From assembly GCF_009914755.1 (NCBI RefSeq), contig NC_060935.1: a DNA stretch of 64,000 bases; one strand, given 5' to 3'. The notes below the pieces were generated by a model. The model was not told the DNA's origin. It saw only the letters and a program-made list of their open reading frames with translations, and did not search any database. Positions 38,111 through 52,108 of the stretch are shown here, in pieces. Every line of letters begins with the position of its first letter. Position 1 is the first letter of the stretch. Source of the stretch: the human T2T-CHM13v2.0 reference genome, Homo sapiens. Position numbers and translations under genes: made by a program.

Positions 38111-41100
38111 CTTGAGGTGTTTTTTCCACTGTCTTTTTCCATAGTCTTTTTCTCTTTTCCTAACTTACTAGAGAGGAAAAGGGGCAGCAGGGCCAGAGGT
38201 ATTGTCAGCTACACACAGGAAAGGAAGCAAGCCTTCATGCATTCATCAGCTCGCTTAATGATCCTTGGCTGCACTAGTGCTAGCTCAGCTTTGGGAATGC
38301 CCATCGTGGACCTTGGGGGAGACATCTACGAATAGCAAGTGCTGATTCAGAGACATGAACAAAGTGACATTGGAGCATAAACAGAGGGAAAGCTAAGGAA
38401 GCCTAGGGAGAGAGAGTCCAGAAAAACCTCTGAGCTGTGTCTAAAAGAATCTTTCCAGGAAAAGAAAAAAGAAAGAGCACCTGCAACAGAACAAAAAAGC
38501 TATGCAAACAGGCTATGGGAAGTATGCCTATGTCTAGGTGAATGTAAGGTTGGTGTTGTAGAATGACAGGATTAAGTTGCAGGAGGTAGAATCATGCTCT
38601 AAAGAGCTACGTCAAAATAAGAAGTTTGGACTGTATTCTAAAGGCAACAAGAGCCAGCAGACACTTTGAACAGCAATGCTAAATGAGCTTTCATTATTTA
38701 GGAATATAATTGGCAGTCTTACGTTGGATGAGCAGGATACTTAGTCAAAATGCGAGCTAAGAAAGAATTCGACTTGGGTGGAAAGACAGCATTTTCCTGT
38801 TTTATTTCAGTCATTAGTAAATGTCACAGTAATCTAGCAGTTGCTCTAATGAAACGATCTGACCAAGATATGTAAATGACATACCCCTGTTGCTGCTCTA
38901 ACAGAGAGTGAACATACATCCTGTTTCTTAAAAAGCCTTCCTTTATTTACTCATTCAACAAATAGTTATTAAGCTCCCACTATGTGGCAGGTACTATGCA
39001 AGGTTTCGGCGTGTTGTGTTAAGCACTGGTTGTGGCAAAATTCATTTGAAGCAACAAGTAGCAGGATTTGTTCATAAGGTCAACGAAAGCAGAAAAAAAA
39101 AAGACAGAAAATAAAGCAAGTGTCAAAGAAAGCAAGAAAACAAAGGGTAATTCCTAAGAGACAAAAAGTGAAAATGAGGTTTAAGTTTAAGAAAGCAAGC
39201 ATCTGCTTTAAGTAACCATTTCATTAAAAGTGCACTAAATTGTGGAGGTTCTCTCTCAGGAACTGCATACTGTGAGCTGAGATTTAGTATAATGGGCTCC
39301 CACATGAATTCCTCTCATTACTTCTCTTGAAAGATCAGTAAATCTACTGAAAGGGTAATTTAGGTTTAGTGTTCACAATCTATTCTTTTTAACTTTTAAT
39401 CTTTCCTGTTTAGGATGTTAAAAATATGATGTAGATAGAATCTAAAAGAGAAGAATTGGGCCCAAAATGAGACGATTTTAACTCCTCAAATGGTCTTGAT
39501 ATTGATAGCTATGCCACAGGCTGTAGAGTTTTTGCTTCTGATAGATGGTGATGTAACTTTGGCCAGTTTATAGAGCACTGCACACTGTTAATTTCAAGAA
39601 CCAAGTAAAGGACAACATAGAAAAGATAATCTATATCTCGCTCTCCTGAATTCCTTGGACATTTTTGTAATTTTAATTACATCTCTTCTTTATCTGATTA
39701 AACTTATTTTTCACTGTAATTCCATGGAAACAAACAGGTTTGAGGAATTTTGTCCAGGAGATATATAAATAAATTATTTGGGAAGACAAAAGTCTGGAAA
39801 ATGAGACTATCAGTTATTAATTACAGGAATGTGATTTTATGACATTTTTCAAAAATGTGAGCCTGAAAAATCACTTATAATCAGTACTTTTCTACTAAAC
39901 TGCCACCAGTATGGTTTGTGATATTAAAAAACAAGCAAGCAAATAAAAAAAAAAGCCACAAAACAACATCAACAACAAAAGGCACTATCTTTCAGACAGT
40001 GCTATTTCCAGGAAAAAAAATCAAATCCTCCCTGATTTGTGAGGCCTCACCTTAGATTTACCTTTAGACATAGGTCCTATTCTGGGCCTGTAGTGTGCAC
40101 AGCCATTCCTGATTAACTGAGTACCCCATTAAAAGACCTAAGAAATCCAGAGAGAAAGAAGCTAAAGTGGGCCCATCTTACCCACAGTGGCAAATATAAA
40201 AAAGCTCATTCATACAGTATTAAATTATATTGATTTGAAACTAAATTATTGTTTATTAACATTTAGAGTTTGCTTTTATTTCCCCATTTAAAAAAAATCA
40301 AAGGTTTTAAAGTTGCTTTTTCTGATTTGAGAGAAGTAAGCACTTAGTCTAGTGAAGAAGAGAAGATGAATTCAGTTAGGATTTAAAAGTAGCAATTTAT
40401 CCCAAAGAAATTAGCAGTGTAGGACATTTACTGGACAAATATCACATTCCTTGAAAGAATTCTTATGACATTTTAATGCATTCTCACTATGAAGCATGTC
40501 CTTGTAAATGACTAAACCAGACCATGTCTTAACAATTATTTCATGAGAGAAAACTTCAATACCCTCAGAAGTTCAGATTATAAGACTAACAGGAAGGCAA
40601 AAAGCAAAACACAACAGAAATTAAATACCAGAAAGAAATGATCTAAAACATAGTATATAGTAATTCACTGAAATAAATATTTATGATTTGAGTGATAAAA
40701 AGTTCACAATGACTTTGCACCCTTTCTATGAAAGCTAAGAGAAAAAGAAAATTCAAAAGGTATCTGGAAATTTGTCTAGTTTTTATGATTTTCATAAAAC
40801 CCATTGGTCTATCTCAAAATAAAGGCAAACAACTAAATTCTTAAATAATTATCAGGATACTGACTACTAAGAACAAACACATCACTTTTTAAAGGTCTGT
40901 AATCTGGGATGCCTCTCTATGACTTTCATTACATATTATTTCATGTGCTCAATTACTGTTAGAGAAAACTTTTGAGTTCTTTGATGTCATTTCAAGCAGC
41001 ATGCATCTTATCTTATTCCAGTCATCGTTAGATTACAAAATGGAAACTGAAGGGAATATTGGAGTTTTGCTATGTCATTACCTGAAAAATAAAAACCTCC

Positions 41101-41980
41101 TGAGTTATTGTAAATATCAACCAGATCTTTACATGATCACGATAAAGGAAATCCATCTTTCCTGATAGAGTAAATTAAAGACAACACTAAGTAATGGAAG
41201 GTTTGTACCAGCCATTTTAAAGTATAGGAACATCACCTATCCCATGAACTAAAACATTTAAAAGATATCCTCCATGGTACTCATTGATCTCCCTAACTGC
41301 AGTTTTTCTTCAACTGTGTTCTAATCATCTTGCCCCCAACAAGAATCAGGTATTTGGAGCTTCCTTTGTGTTTTGTAACTGCACTGATTAACAAAGATTC
41401 AGGCTGACCCTGATCCATGATGGTAGTGGTTATGGGAGGAATATGTCTTTGTTAAGTAAAGACACATGGCTTTGGGACCAGCACTCTTTCAACTGAGCAC
41501 TGTCTCATTCTGTTGCCTACAGTGTTCTTAGGAAAAGAGCTATTCAATAAAGTCACGAGATAATATTTTGATTGCTATCTTTTCACAATTCATTTCCCAC
41601 AAGTTGCTGTTCCTTTCAATACGATTTTCTTGCCACAAAATACACCTGTCTCTGAATAGCAAAGCAACATTTTTGCTCACGGATTATTTCTCCTATACTT
41701 TTAAATATATGAGTTTGTGCATACTTAAATATTTTTAAATATCTTAGCTGCTAAATCATTATATGCAATATTAAATGTTCAACCCCTTTATTAGCAATTG
41801 TTAAAAACAAAACTTCTATGTGTTCCTTAAAAAAGGGCATGTTTGATTTCTGAATTGTTGTTAGATAAACTGTAAGGCCAAAAATGGGCCCTTTTACTGA
41901 ATATGCAAAGTTCCCCCTTAAGCCACCTTGAACTAGGCAGATTTGCAACATTTTAAACTGGCACTTCATCCCTCTTTCAG

Positions 41981-42101
41981 CAAGCATCCTCTGCAGATTT
42001 AATGATCAGGAACATCCTTCTGATGCATGCTGGGAGATATGGCTGCAGGGTACAGACCACAGCAGACAGTGTGTCAGATGAGGCAGAACTTCTTGTTAGG
42101 G
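41981..42101 (+). CDS. CNTN5: Contactin-5 internal coding exon, C-terminal half of Ig6 (121 nt, phase 0 to 1); missed by the ORF track
   Basis: cctctttcag| ... aggg|gtgagt. Translates [40 protein letters not shown](G) and continues the frame of exon 10753-10928. Confidence 0.97.
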
Positions 42102-42757
42102 GTGAGTATGCTAATAGTGCAGTCTGAAGACATGATCACCATAAATTATCATACAAAGGAATTTAAATGCATGGACTTTGAGCACATCAGTACTGTGCAT
42201 TTTACTTTCAATTTTACAATATATGTTATTTTCGCTTAACCTTTTGCCTTTGAAAAAATTACATGGAAAACTGCTCCTTAGTAACAGATGAAAACCACCA
42301 AACTAACTTCAGAGTCCAAAACACCTTTAGTAGTAAGTTGTCACTAAGTGTTTAACCTAATGCCAAGGAAATAATCTAAACAGTTGAGCTACTAAGTCAC
42401 TTGAACTACAGAGATAAAATTTGTGTGTGTGTATATATGTTTTGCAAATGAAAAGCTAGTGGAACCCCCAGGCATTTTTTTCTTCTACTACTTCTAAGTT
42501 GGGCTTCCAAAAACAGAAAAACTGCATGTGTAAGATGGTGGCATTTGCAATTGTTAAGTGACAAGGATTTTTTTAAAGTCTGAAAATGTCAACATACAAC
42601 CTCTCTATGCAGAAATGACAGTTAAATGGTTTCCAGTTATGAAACAGTACACCAAATTCTGCAATCCTAGGAAGCTACATCTTAAGCAAATGACTAGAGC
42701 ACCCATTTCCTTTAGCACAGTATTCCACAGTATGGGAAATAGAGATCATAGCATGCA

Positions 42758-42830
42758 TTTCCTTCCTTCTTTCCTTCCTTCTTTCTTCCCTGCCTCTTTC
42801 TTTCCTTTCCTCCTTCCTTCTTTCCTTTTA
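42758..42830. repeat. (TTCC/TTTC)n pyrimidine-rich low-complexity tract
   Basis: Seen directly; adjoins an antisense L1M 3' end. Confidence 0.85.
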
Positions 42831-42985
42831 GCTTTGTTTGAAGTACAATATTTCTACATTTTCACCAATCATAAGCATACAGATGTATAACTTAATGAAC
42901 ATTGACAAAATAAACACACCATATAACTATCATTCAAAGTAAAAACCAGAACATTACCAAGATCCCACCAAGTACCTCTTCATTT
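42828..42985 (-). mobile_element. Ancient L1M 3'-end fragment
   Basis: tttagctttgtttgaagtacaat...ttgacaaaataaacacacc...cagaacattacca. Confidence 0.55.
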
Positions 42986-45900
42986 TTCATCTTATACGAT
43001 TATATTTTGAGTAGTATGAGTATTGCATGCTTAGATCCCTTGTATGGTCTGTACAGATAAAAACATTATCATCTATAGCAAGAAACTATATTTTAGATTA
43101 ACTGGTCTTTTATTCATCTGGACTCTTACAATTTAAATATTAAAAATCTTGAACAGTAAACATAAGGCATAGAGTGAGCCTCATCATCTCTATGTTTTAG
43201 TTATATATATCACCGAATGTATATGGGTTTTGGTAGTGCATCCATCATTGGTTCAAGTAAAATGTTGTTTTTAAAGAAGTGTGTTATTGGGTGATTGGTA
43301 GTTTGTTCATTTTTTGTGTGTTTCTGTTCAGAAGGCTACTTGATCTTTTCTTCAAATTTATATCTAGCATGTATATCTGTGTTACCTTATTATAAAACAC
43401 CAACTTTTTAAAGTATTCATCCTTTCAATACATTCTATTCCATTTAGCTAAAAATTTCTCTTTGTGCCTTCTGAAGTTACAAGACTCATGGAACTGCAAA
43501 CCCTACACTCAGTCAAATTCATAGAAATTTGCTTTCTCTTGCTATGATCTGTTTTAGATTATGTATATTTATTGTCTGCACTTGCCTAGTAATTTAGAAT
43601 GAAGCTCTTAAAATTGGAGCTTTCCAAATCAATATCACAATTTAGAGACTGATAAGAAACCAGGTATTTTTACTGGACTATAGGGGGTAAATTTAAGTGG
43701 CAAACTAACATTCTGCTTTGTAAGTAAAATTAAACTCAACAGGGTTTAGAATATAATTCAGGTTCAGCTTTCATGTTCTGCTCTTTTAGCCTTTGGCTTT
43801 ATGCCTAGGAGATGATAAAATGCATAAATTTTCGGATTATACCCAATAGCAATTTCAAACAGGTTGCTATTGTCTGAATATTCATGTAACATTCAGCCCA
43901 AGCTTTCACTTGAAGTGAGTTTGATCAAGTCACCACTTTTCTATTATATATTTGCATTACTTTTCTAAAATTAGTAAAAATATCTTGTCATTTCTTCCTG
44001 GTGAGTTTTAGACAGATTTAAACACTGAACTAAGAGTTCTGGTTCTCTTTTAAAAAATTTTGTAAGTTTACAGCTCCTGGTAATTCAACAAGCTTTGATG
44101 TTTGAATATTGCTGTTTTTAATGTTGGCTTGCGAAATAAAATTTGAAATAGTTTTACTCTGCCAGTCTCCCTTCTCACACTCCTCCATTTGTTGGTCTGT
44201 AAACTCATGGTATTCTAATAGTATATGCCACAGGACCAAAGTTGAGCATTCTAGATGGAGCTTTTCTGATGATGGCTACAATTCTGGCAGCAGAATACTT
44301 AAAGCACAATTATTCAAATATGTGTCACAGAGAGATGGGAATATTAAAAACAATTTCCCCATTCATCTTTTAGTAGAATACTAAAAGTAGATTGGCTGAG
44401 CAGTTCACTTTGCTCAATGTCTTCATCACAAGGAACGTACTTGGATGGCAAGGATTATGTTCTTATGATTCTATTTCAGTGGAAATTTAAGGGAAAAAAT
44501 CTATGTTCTCTTTGATGGACGGGAGCAACTTTTTTATTGTCTTCCTTCCCATGAGAGATAGTCTATAAAATTATTTTATACATTTTACCAAATCCTGCAA
44601 TTCTTCAACCTTGCCGCTCATGAACACTAAATTGGAGCACAGGTGTGTAGCCACATGGCCTCATCATTGCCTATTTAGAATCTGAGTGTTTCTGAGTAGT
44701 AATGTTCCCTGATACTCTCCCCATTCACTACTTTAAGGACTATTTTTTCCTCAACTGCTCGTTTGCACTTTCTCCTCATTTTGCTTGTGAATGTCAGTGC
44801 CATTATTCACCTCTATTCCACCATGATCACCTTTCTCCAAAGATTGCTTTTTTCGTAAATAATTACCTGAAGCATAAAGTCACTTGCTTTCCCAAATTTA
44901 ATATTCAGTGAACCAGCATTATCACAGCACCATGCATAATCTGGAGAACCATAATAGAATGAATATGTTAGAAAAAATTATTTTGCTGAAATATAAAAGG
45001 AAATTAAAGCCACACCTGGACATCTGTGCACCATTTTAGTCACTTAAGTGTGCTATAACAATAGAGAAAGCATGACTAAATACTGCTATAGGGAACCTTT
45101 TTAAAGATGAGTAGAACTCGATCATGCTATTAAGGAAAGGGAGGTAGATATGTAAGAGATAATCTCACTGAGGAGGATATACAAATTGTTAAGAACCAGT
45201 ATTCCCAGACAATATCAGAAGTGATCAAACACAAAGTAAAAGACTCTGGAGAAAGGAATATTAGTTTTTTGTTATTTTATTTTATAGAAATTAATGTTAG
45301 AAGTATGTTTTCTAAAGTAATTATAAGGGTAGGAAACTAAAGAATAATATGTGCTTAGCTAAACTAGGGTAACTAGGAGTGATAGCACTATCTTTCTATT
45401 CAGAAGAAGTGATAAAAATTCACTTTCTCATACAACTTCTCTATTTGTATTACTCTGCTTCTTAGTACAAAACAGTAGGTCAAGAAACTTTGGGAATAGT
45501 CAAAGAATAATCAATAATCTCTCGAGTCCTTCTGAATACACAGCCTTTCCTCAAACTTGAACAATTTTCACTTCCTGAATTACAACTTACATGATGAATC
45601 CAAAGTGTATTAATAGTTGAATTTGAAACGAATGAATTAAGCTCAGGATGTCACTTGTTGGGAGACATCTAACTGCTTTCAACCATCCACCTTGAACCCC
45701 ACCCTATCACTTCCTATTGCTAACAGATTTCAACCTGTCTTTCAATTGAACTTCCTTCATCTGTCCAATCAATTCAGTTCCATTTATTATTTCCAATAAT
45801 TATTTATTTCCTTGAATATCTAACTTTACTCTCTCCCAACTCAACCACTTTTCACTGCAAAAGTAAAATCATTAAAATTTTGGCCGTTTTGTCAATAAAA

Positions 45901-46174
45901 TAAGTCTACAGGTATTTGCTTATAATTTGCTATTCATTTGTTCACCCACCTATTCATTCAGCACCTGCTCTGTGTCGGGCACTGAAGTCGGCACTCAGAG
46001 TGGAGAGATGAGGAAGCTGAGGTCTCAGCCCTCGGCTGGCTCTACATCCTCTAGTCCTCCAGTGTGAGATGCCTTTGGAATTAGGGTGAGATGTACCATG
46101 GAAGTTCACCTGCGTACATTCTCAGTGTCACAGAGGAAATAGTGAGAGACTAAGATAAAACATAAGCAGAGCTG

Positions 46175-46340
46175 TGGGGCTGGATATGTAATCTGTGAAG
46201 AACAATGCCAAATGGAAACACAGGACCCCTTGTTCAAAATTATTAATAATTTCAAGACAGTGACAGAAAGGCATTAATCTAAGCACAGGGCCCCGAACTT
46301 GCAAGTTCGCAGATCTTGAACTACACAGCTCACACACCAA
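46175..46340. mobile_element. MER91-like relic, opposite orientation to the copy at 35783
   Basis: gggctggatatgtaatctgtg...caggaccccttgttcaaaattattaataatttcaagacagtgacag. Confidence 0.6.
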
Positions 46341-48789
46341 GGAAGCTAGCGCTAACTAATTATATATTCATCTACAGAAATAAAAGCATGTTAGCAAACA
46401 GAGGGGGCAAATCACAACAAAGTAAGGTTTTTTCATCTATAAAATTAGAATATCAAAGCCTACATCAGCAGTTTATTAGCTTTTTACACACACACACAAA
46501 ATATTTATTTTACCCCATGAGTCATATGTTGAAAGATTTTGTTCGTTGTGTTGATGTAATCACTAATTTATGTTTCTATTTGAATTCCAGCCAAAGCCTT
46601 CTATCATCATAAGATAGATAATGTTACCAAACTATATAATTTAATTCCAGCCAACATCAAAGCTGACTTACCTTTTAGCTAGTTGTAAAGTATTATTGGT
46701 TTGTTTGTTTCAAATGGTTGAAAGTAACCTGAAGACACCAGTTTTTACCTGGATAGAAACTAATTTAGGAATCTTTGATTAAATATCTCCAAATTCTGTC
46801 CAAGTGCTAATCTTTAGTGATTCTCACTAGCAAGAGAGAAAAGTTTGACTTTTCTGCCTATACCCTTGGAAAAGATGCAAGTACTATCACTTTCCCAAAT
46901 GCAATGGGAAAATAAAGCTCAGTGAAAACCTTGAGCATGTTTCTAATATATTGTTAGTTTATTTGAGAGTTAAAGCAGTATTAATGTGCTGTATCTTCAC
47001 ATCTCTCACTGCACTACCCTTGTGATCCAATTAGATTCTAAATTGATGTAAATGTCTATTTTTAGCATATGGCCACTTCTGAATGTTTCCAAGCTTTAAA
47101 ATGCACAAATACTCAACACAAACATCTTTGGAGCATAGAGGTTGCGTAGTTTTCCTTTTCCACCATTGATCTAATATGTAAGAGCCTATTGTGCTTGGAG
47201 AGTGCATAAGCCTTCACATGGTTGAGTAATGATTTGAACGCAAGAGAGTCTCCAGTGAAAAAGACAAAATCCAGTAGTTATGAAAAACAAAGCTTGTTTT
47301 GCTAATATGCTGGTATTTGGAGTCAAAAAGACAATGACAAATGTTTTCAGTATAACTTTTTAATCCTAGTTAATATTAATACTAAATACATTTGCAAATA
47401 ATATTTTAGAGAAGAATAAAATTTATTCAGCTAACATAATTATTTTTCAATATTTTTGAAAACTATAAAACACAGCTATAAAATGTCCTTCCTCTTAAAG
47501 AAAAGCTAATTTCATTCACGCTATCTCTTATTGGAATATTCTGCACTATTGTAGAAATATTAGATCACTATTATTGCTATTATTGTATGGGATTATTTAA
47601 ATAGCTTATACCAATCACTTTTCTATCTTAGACTTTCTCTAATTAGTGTGATTGACACTTATAAAATTTCTTTTAGACACTGAAAAGCAGTTGTTTCTTT
47701 TCTCTTATGCTTTTCATATGGTTGCTTGCTAACCTGTAGAACTCTTAAACTGACAAAAAAGTAACATTTTTTTGTCAGTCAGATGTTCAGATTTTCTGCA
47801 CCAGCTTTAGTTTGGCTCATTGAAATAATAGTTACCTGAAGTGATCTGACTGGCCAAAATGATTAAAGCAGTTTGCATGCATGTACATATATATCTGCAA
47901 ATATGAAATGAGCAAACAGATGAATTGTCATTGCACACAGACAACCAATCAATACAAACTAAATCTCTTGTATTTTATTCCCCCAAATACTGAGTGCCTG
48001 CCAAAAGCCAGACTCTTTTAGGCACTGATATCTCCGTCAACTGACTGAGACATTCTCAGGTTTCTTGATGGGAGTATTTTGCCATTTTGAAACAAATATT
48101 CTGACTTCACTCTTCAAATTTGAGAAAAGTTCTAATCAACTGAGTTTTATGTAATACACATTTGGATTTATAAATTGTAAGATGAAATTGTATTTCACTA
48201 TATTTTGTCCCACAGACTTAACCTATGTTTCTTACACATCCATCCTAATATAAAAATACAGTCACTTCACATCTGTGTAAGTTTGTGGAGATAAATTCTT
48301 AGTGTGTGGGCTTGTATTTTAAAATCCAATTTCATTCACTATTTAGTGAGTGCTTACCACATGCCAGGACAGTTCTAGAGTGCGAGAGGGAGACACGGTG
48401 GGACAGGATTGGAATAAATGCTTTCTGATGCTATGGGAAGGAGTTTAACTCTTATGCTACAAGTGATGCATATCCATCAAAGGATCACAGCAGGAAAGGG
48501 ACAGGATAAGATGTGTCTTTAAAAAGACCATTCAGGAAAATGTTGAGTGTTTTAGAGGACACTGTGACTAGTGGCTTGCTAATAAAGCAGATGGGACAAT
48601 AACGGTAATCTTGACAAGAAATAAGAAGGGTCTTATAAAAGGCAATAATAGAGATAGGAAGGGGTGTGTATATATTCAAAAGATAGGAAGGAGGCAGGAT
48701 CTATAGAACTTGATGGCCCACTGGTTATGTAAAATGAGAACGAGAAGGCAAAGAAGATTGCCAATTGCAATGCTTGAGTGGCCCATCAG

Positions 48790-48922
48790 AGGGACACCGT
48801 ATACTCTAGTTAGTTAGACTAACAGAGTTCCAAGTTATACTTAGAGTGTCAAAGTAGTTATTAATGAGGCCCCTTTATCCTCAAAATTGTCCTGGTTTAG
48901 AAGATAAATTTTGTGGTCCCCT
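48790..48922. mobile_element. MER94-like hAT-Blackjack relic
   Basis: ttattaatgaggcccctttatcctcaaaattgtcctggtttagaagataaattttgtggtcccct. Confidence 0.55.
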
Positions 48923-49161
48923 AATAGAGAATGATCATGCAATCATAGTCATTCATGATCACGTTTATATAATCAGAAAGATGTGGAGATAAGTGGATTT
49001 GTAGTAAAGGAATAACATTTAGGGTTCTCCATTCTATTCTATTCTAAGCAAATAGTTGTGTAGCTGTGGAGCTCAGGAGAGAAACACTGGCCTTGACATC
49101 CAGATTTGAGCATTGTTCACATTTTAAAGTCGGGTGGGAATTAAATTAAAGAGCCTGTGAA

Positions 49162-49461
49162 GGCCAGGCACAGTGGCTCACACCTGTATTCCCAGCATTT
49201 TGGAAGGCAAGGTGGGCAGATCACTTGAGGTCAGGAGATCGAGACCAGCCTGGCCAACATGGGGAAACCCTGTCTTTACTAAAAATACAAAAATTATCTG
49301 GGCATGGTGGTGCACACCTGTAGTCCCAGCTCCTCAGTAGGCTGAGGCAGTAGAATTGCTTGAACCTGGGAGGGGGAGGTTGCAGTGAGCCGAGATTGCA
49401 TCACTGCACTCCAGCCTGGCCAACAGAGTGAGACTGTCTCAAAAAAAACAAAAAACAAAAC
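49162..49461 (+). mobile_element. AluS-type, full length
   Basis: Dimeric Alu; TSD aaagagcctgtgaa (49148-49161) / aaagagtctgtgaa (49462-49475). Confidence 0.93.
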
Positions 49462-50134
49462 AAAGAGTCTGTGAAGCATAGGAAGGGGAAAATGCTGGAA
49501 TGGAATGCTGAGAAACATTAACTTTGAAGAGGAAGAGGAATTTGAAAAGGAGATGTGAAGTTGCTGTCAGAGACCAAGAGCTACTGTGTGAAAACCCAAG
49601 TAAATATAAATCATGGGGACAAAGAGACAAGAGAAATAGAGGAAGGAGAAAATGGACAACAGTGTCAAAACCAAGTGAAATACGAACCAATTCACATATC
49701 AGTGAATTAAGAAACTTGGAAGTAAATGATGGCCTTGGCAAGGGCAAGTTCAGAGGAATGATGGGTGTAATAACCAAATTATGGTAGATGGAGAGATGCA
49801 AGCAATTATGTGTGAAAGGTAGCGCAGAATCTTAAGAAAATCCTTGGCTTTTAAGTCCAACAGACTGGGTCACATACCCACAAGCTCTTACTAGTTGTGA
49901 AACTTTGTGTAAGTCATTTAATGTTAACCTTGTTATCCCTTCGTTCATTCAGTACTTACTCATCAAACATTTATAGAGCACATAGTATGTGGCAGGCATC
50001 GAGCTATGATCTAGCTAAACATGAACAACTTTATTTTAGGGAAAAACACATCTTTTTACAGCATAATGTGAGATGTGCTGTTACCCATGTATGAGCAGCA
50101 CATTTTGCTCTCTGACCATCAGCTTCATTACTAA

Positions 50135-50420
50135 TAATAAACATAGCTAACATTTATCAGGTTCTTCCTATATGTCGGGCACTGCACTAAAGGCTCCATA
50201 TTATAATAATTATTTCACTTTATTTAGCATATCACATAAAAACAATATGAAAAACGTACTATTTTTAGTTCCATTTTGAAGATAAGGAAGTCATAGAGAG
50301 GTTTAAGAATGTCACTTAAACCTCTCTATGTTAAACCACAAAATGTTTGAATGTCACTAACAAGTAGAAGAATAGTGAGTAGACTCCAGGCAGACCAGCA
50401 TTTTAAATTACTATACTGCC
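50135..50420 (-). mobile_element. MIR carrying an internal fold-back insertion
   Basis: atagctaacatttatcag...tatgtcgggcactgcactaa...ccattttgaagataaggaag...agagaggtttaag. Confidence 0.7.
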
Positions 50421-51039
50421 TTCCACTGTCAATTGCCAGATTGTTTCAATTTCATTGATCATGATATCCCCTAGAACCATTTAGTTTCTGATACACTATA
50501 GTTCCTGAAAAATAATACATGTTTGTGGAAGGGAAGAAAAAAAGGAAAAAGAGAGAGGTAGGGAAAGAGTAGGGTAAAAGGGAGGAAGAAAGAAAGGAGT
50601 ACTGTAAGAAACAAGAGAATGGCGTGACAAACTTTGCCTAGGAGTCAGAGAATTTCTATCAAGATGATATACTCACCGCAACTTAAGGATTTGTTGTCAT
50701 TTGGTAGCCCAAGAAAGAATGAAGATATTCTACATTAGCTTGTAAAGACAGCACTTTGTCATTACCATCTATCTCTAAGGATAGGTCTCACATTCACAAA
50801 TCCTCTAAAAGTAACTAATCTTTGACCACATGACCATGAGACAATAGTATTAGTAATGACTTTCTATGTTACACCTTGGCCTAAATGACCACAAACCTTA
50901 CTGAAAAGTCTGAACTTCCTCTGATGGCCCATATCTTGCCATGCATCCAAAATAGTAAATTCTACTGACTACTTCCTCAGAACATCTTGTGGGACTTCTT
51001 ATCTAGGTGCCATGGGTTTTGCTAGAAAGGAAGAACTTC

Positions 51040-52108
51040 GTTGCCATTGCTTTTGGTGTTTTAGTCAAAAAGTCTTTGCCCATGCCCAGATGGGATCTAA
51101 TTAAACTAAAGAGCTTCTGCAAAGCAAAAGAAACTATCATCAGAGTGAACAGACAACCTACAGAATGGGATAAAATTTTTGCAATCTGTCCATCTGACAA
51201 AGGGCTAATATCCAGAATCTACAAGAAACTTAAACAAATTTACAAGAAAAAAACAACCCCATCAAAAAGTGGGCAAAGGATATGGACGCTTCTCAAAAGA
51301 AGATATTTATGCAGCCAACAAACATGAAAAAAAGCTCATCGTCACTGGTCAATAAAGAAATGCAAATCAAAACCACAATGAGATACCATCTCATGCCAGT
51401 TAGAATGGTGGTCATTAAAAAGTCAGGAAACAAAAGATGCTGGAGAGGATATGGAGAAACAGGGACACTTTTACACTGTTGGTGGGAGTGTAAATTAGTT
51501 CAACTATTGTAGAAGACAGTGTGGTGATTCTGCAAGGATTTAGAACCAGAAATACCGTTTGACCCAGCAATCCCATCACTGGGTATATACCCAAAGGATT
51601 ATAAATCATTCTACTATAAAGACACATGCACATGTATGTTTATTGCAGCACTAGTCACAATTGCAAAGACTTGGAACCAACCCAAATGCCCATCGATGAT
51701 AGACTTGATAAAGAAAATGTGGCATATATACACCATGGAATACTATACAGCCGTAAAAAAAGATGAGTTCATGTCTTTGCAGGGACATGGATGAAGCTGG
51801 AAACCTTATTCTCAGCTAACTAACACAAGAACAGAAAACCAAACACCACATGTTCTCACTCATAAGTGGGAATTGAACAATGAGAACACATGGACACAGG
51901 GAGGGGAACATTCACACATCAGGGCCTGCCAGCAGGGTGGGGGTGGTTGGGGGCTAGGGGAGGGATAGCATTAGGAAAAATACCTAATGTAGATGACAGG
52001 TTGACGGGTGCAGCAAACCACCATGGCATGTGTATACCTATGTAACAAACCTACACATTCTGCACATGTATCCCAGAATTTAAAAAAAAAAAAAAAAAAA
52101 AAAAAAGA
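51040..52108 (+). mobile_element. 5'-truncated L1PA (~L1PA7/8-like) with a ~49-bp 5' inversion (51040-51088)
   Basis: ORF2 C-terminus ([10 protein letters not shown]...; [13 protein letters not shown]), G-rich 3' UTR and poly(A). Imperfect TSD gaagaacttc / gaaggacttc. Confidence 0.93.

Noticed and set aside
42027-42239. 70-aa ORF overlapping the third exon
   Set aside because: Off-frame relative to the CNTN5 reading and runs into intron.
51935-51965. G-quadruplex motif
   Set aside because: A standard feature of L1PA 3' UTRs, not specific to this locus.
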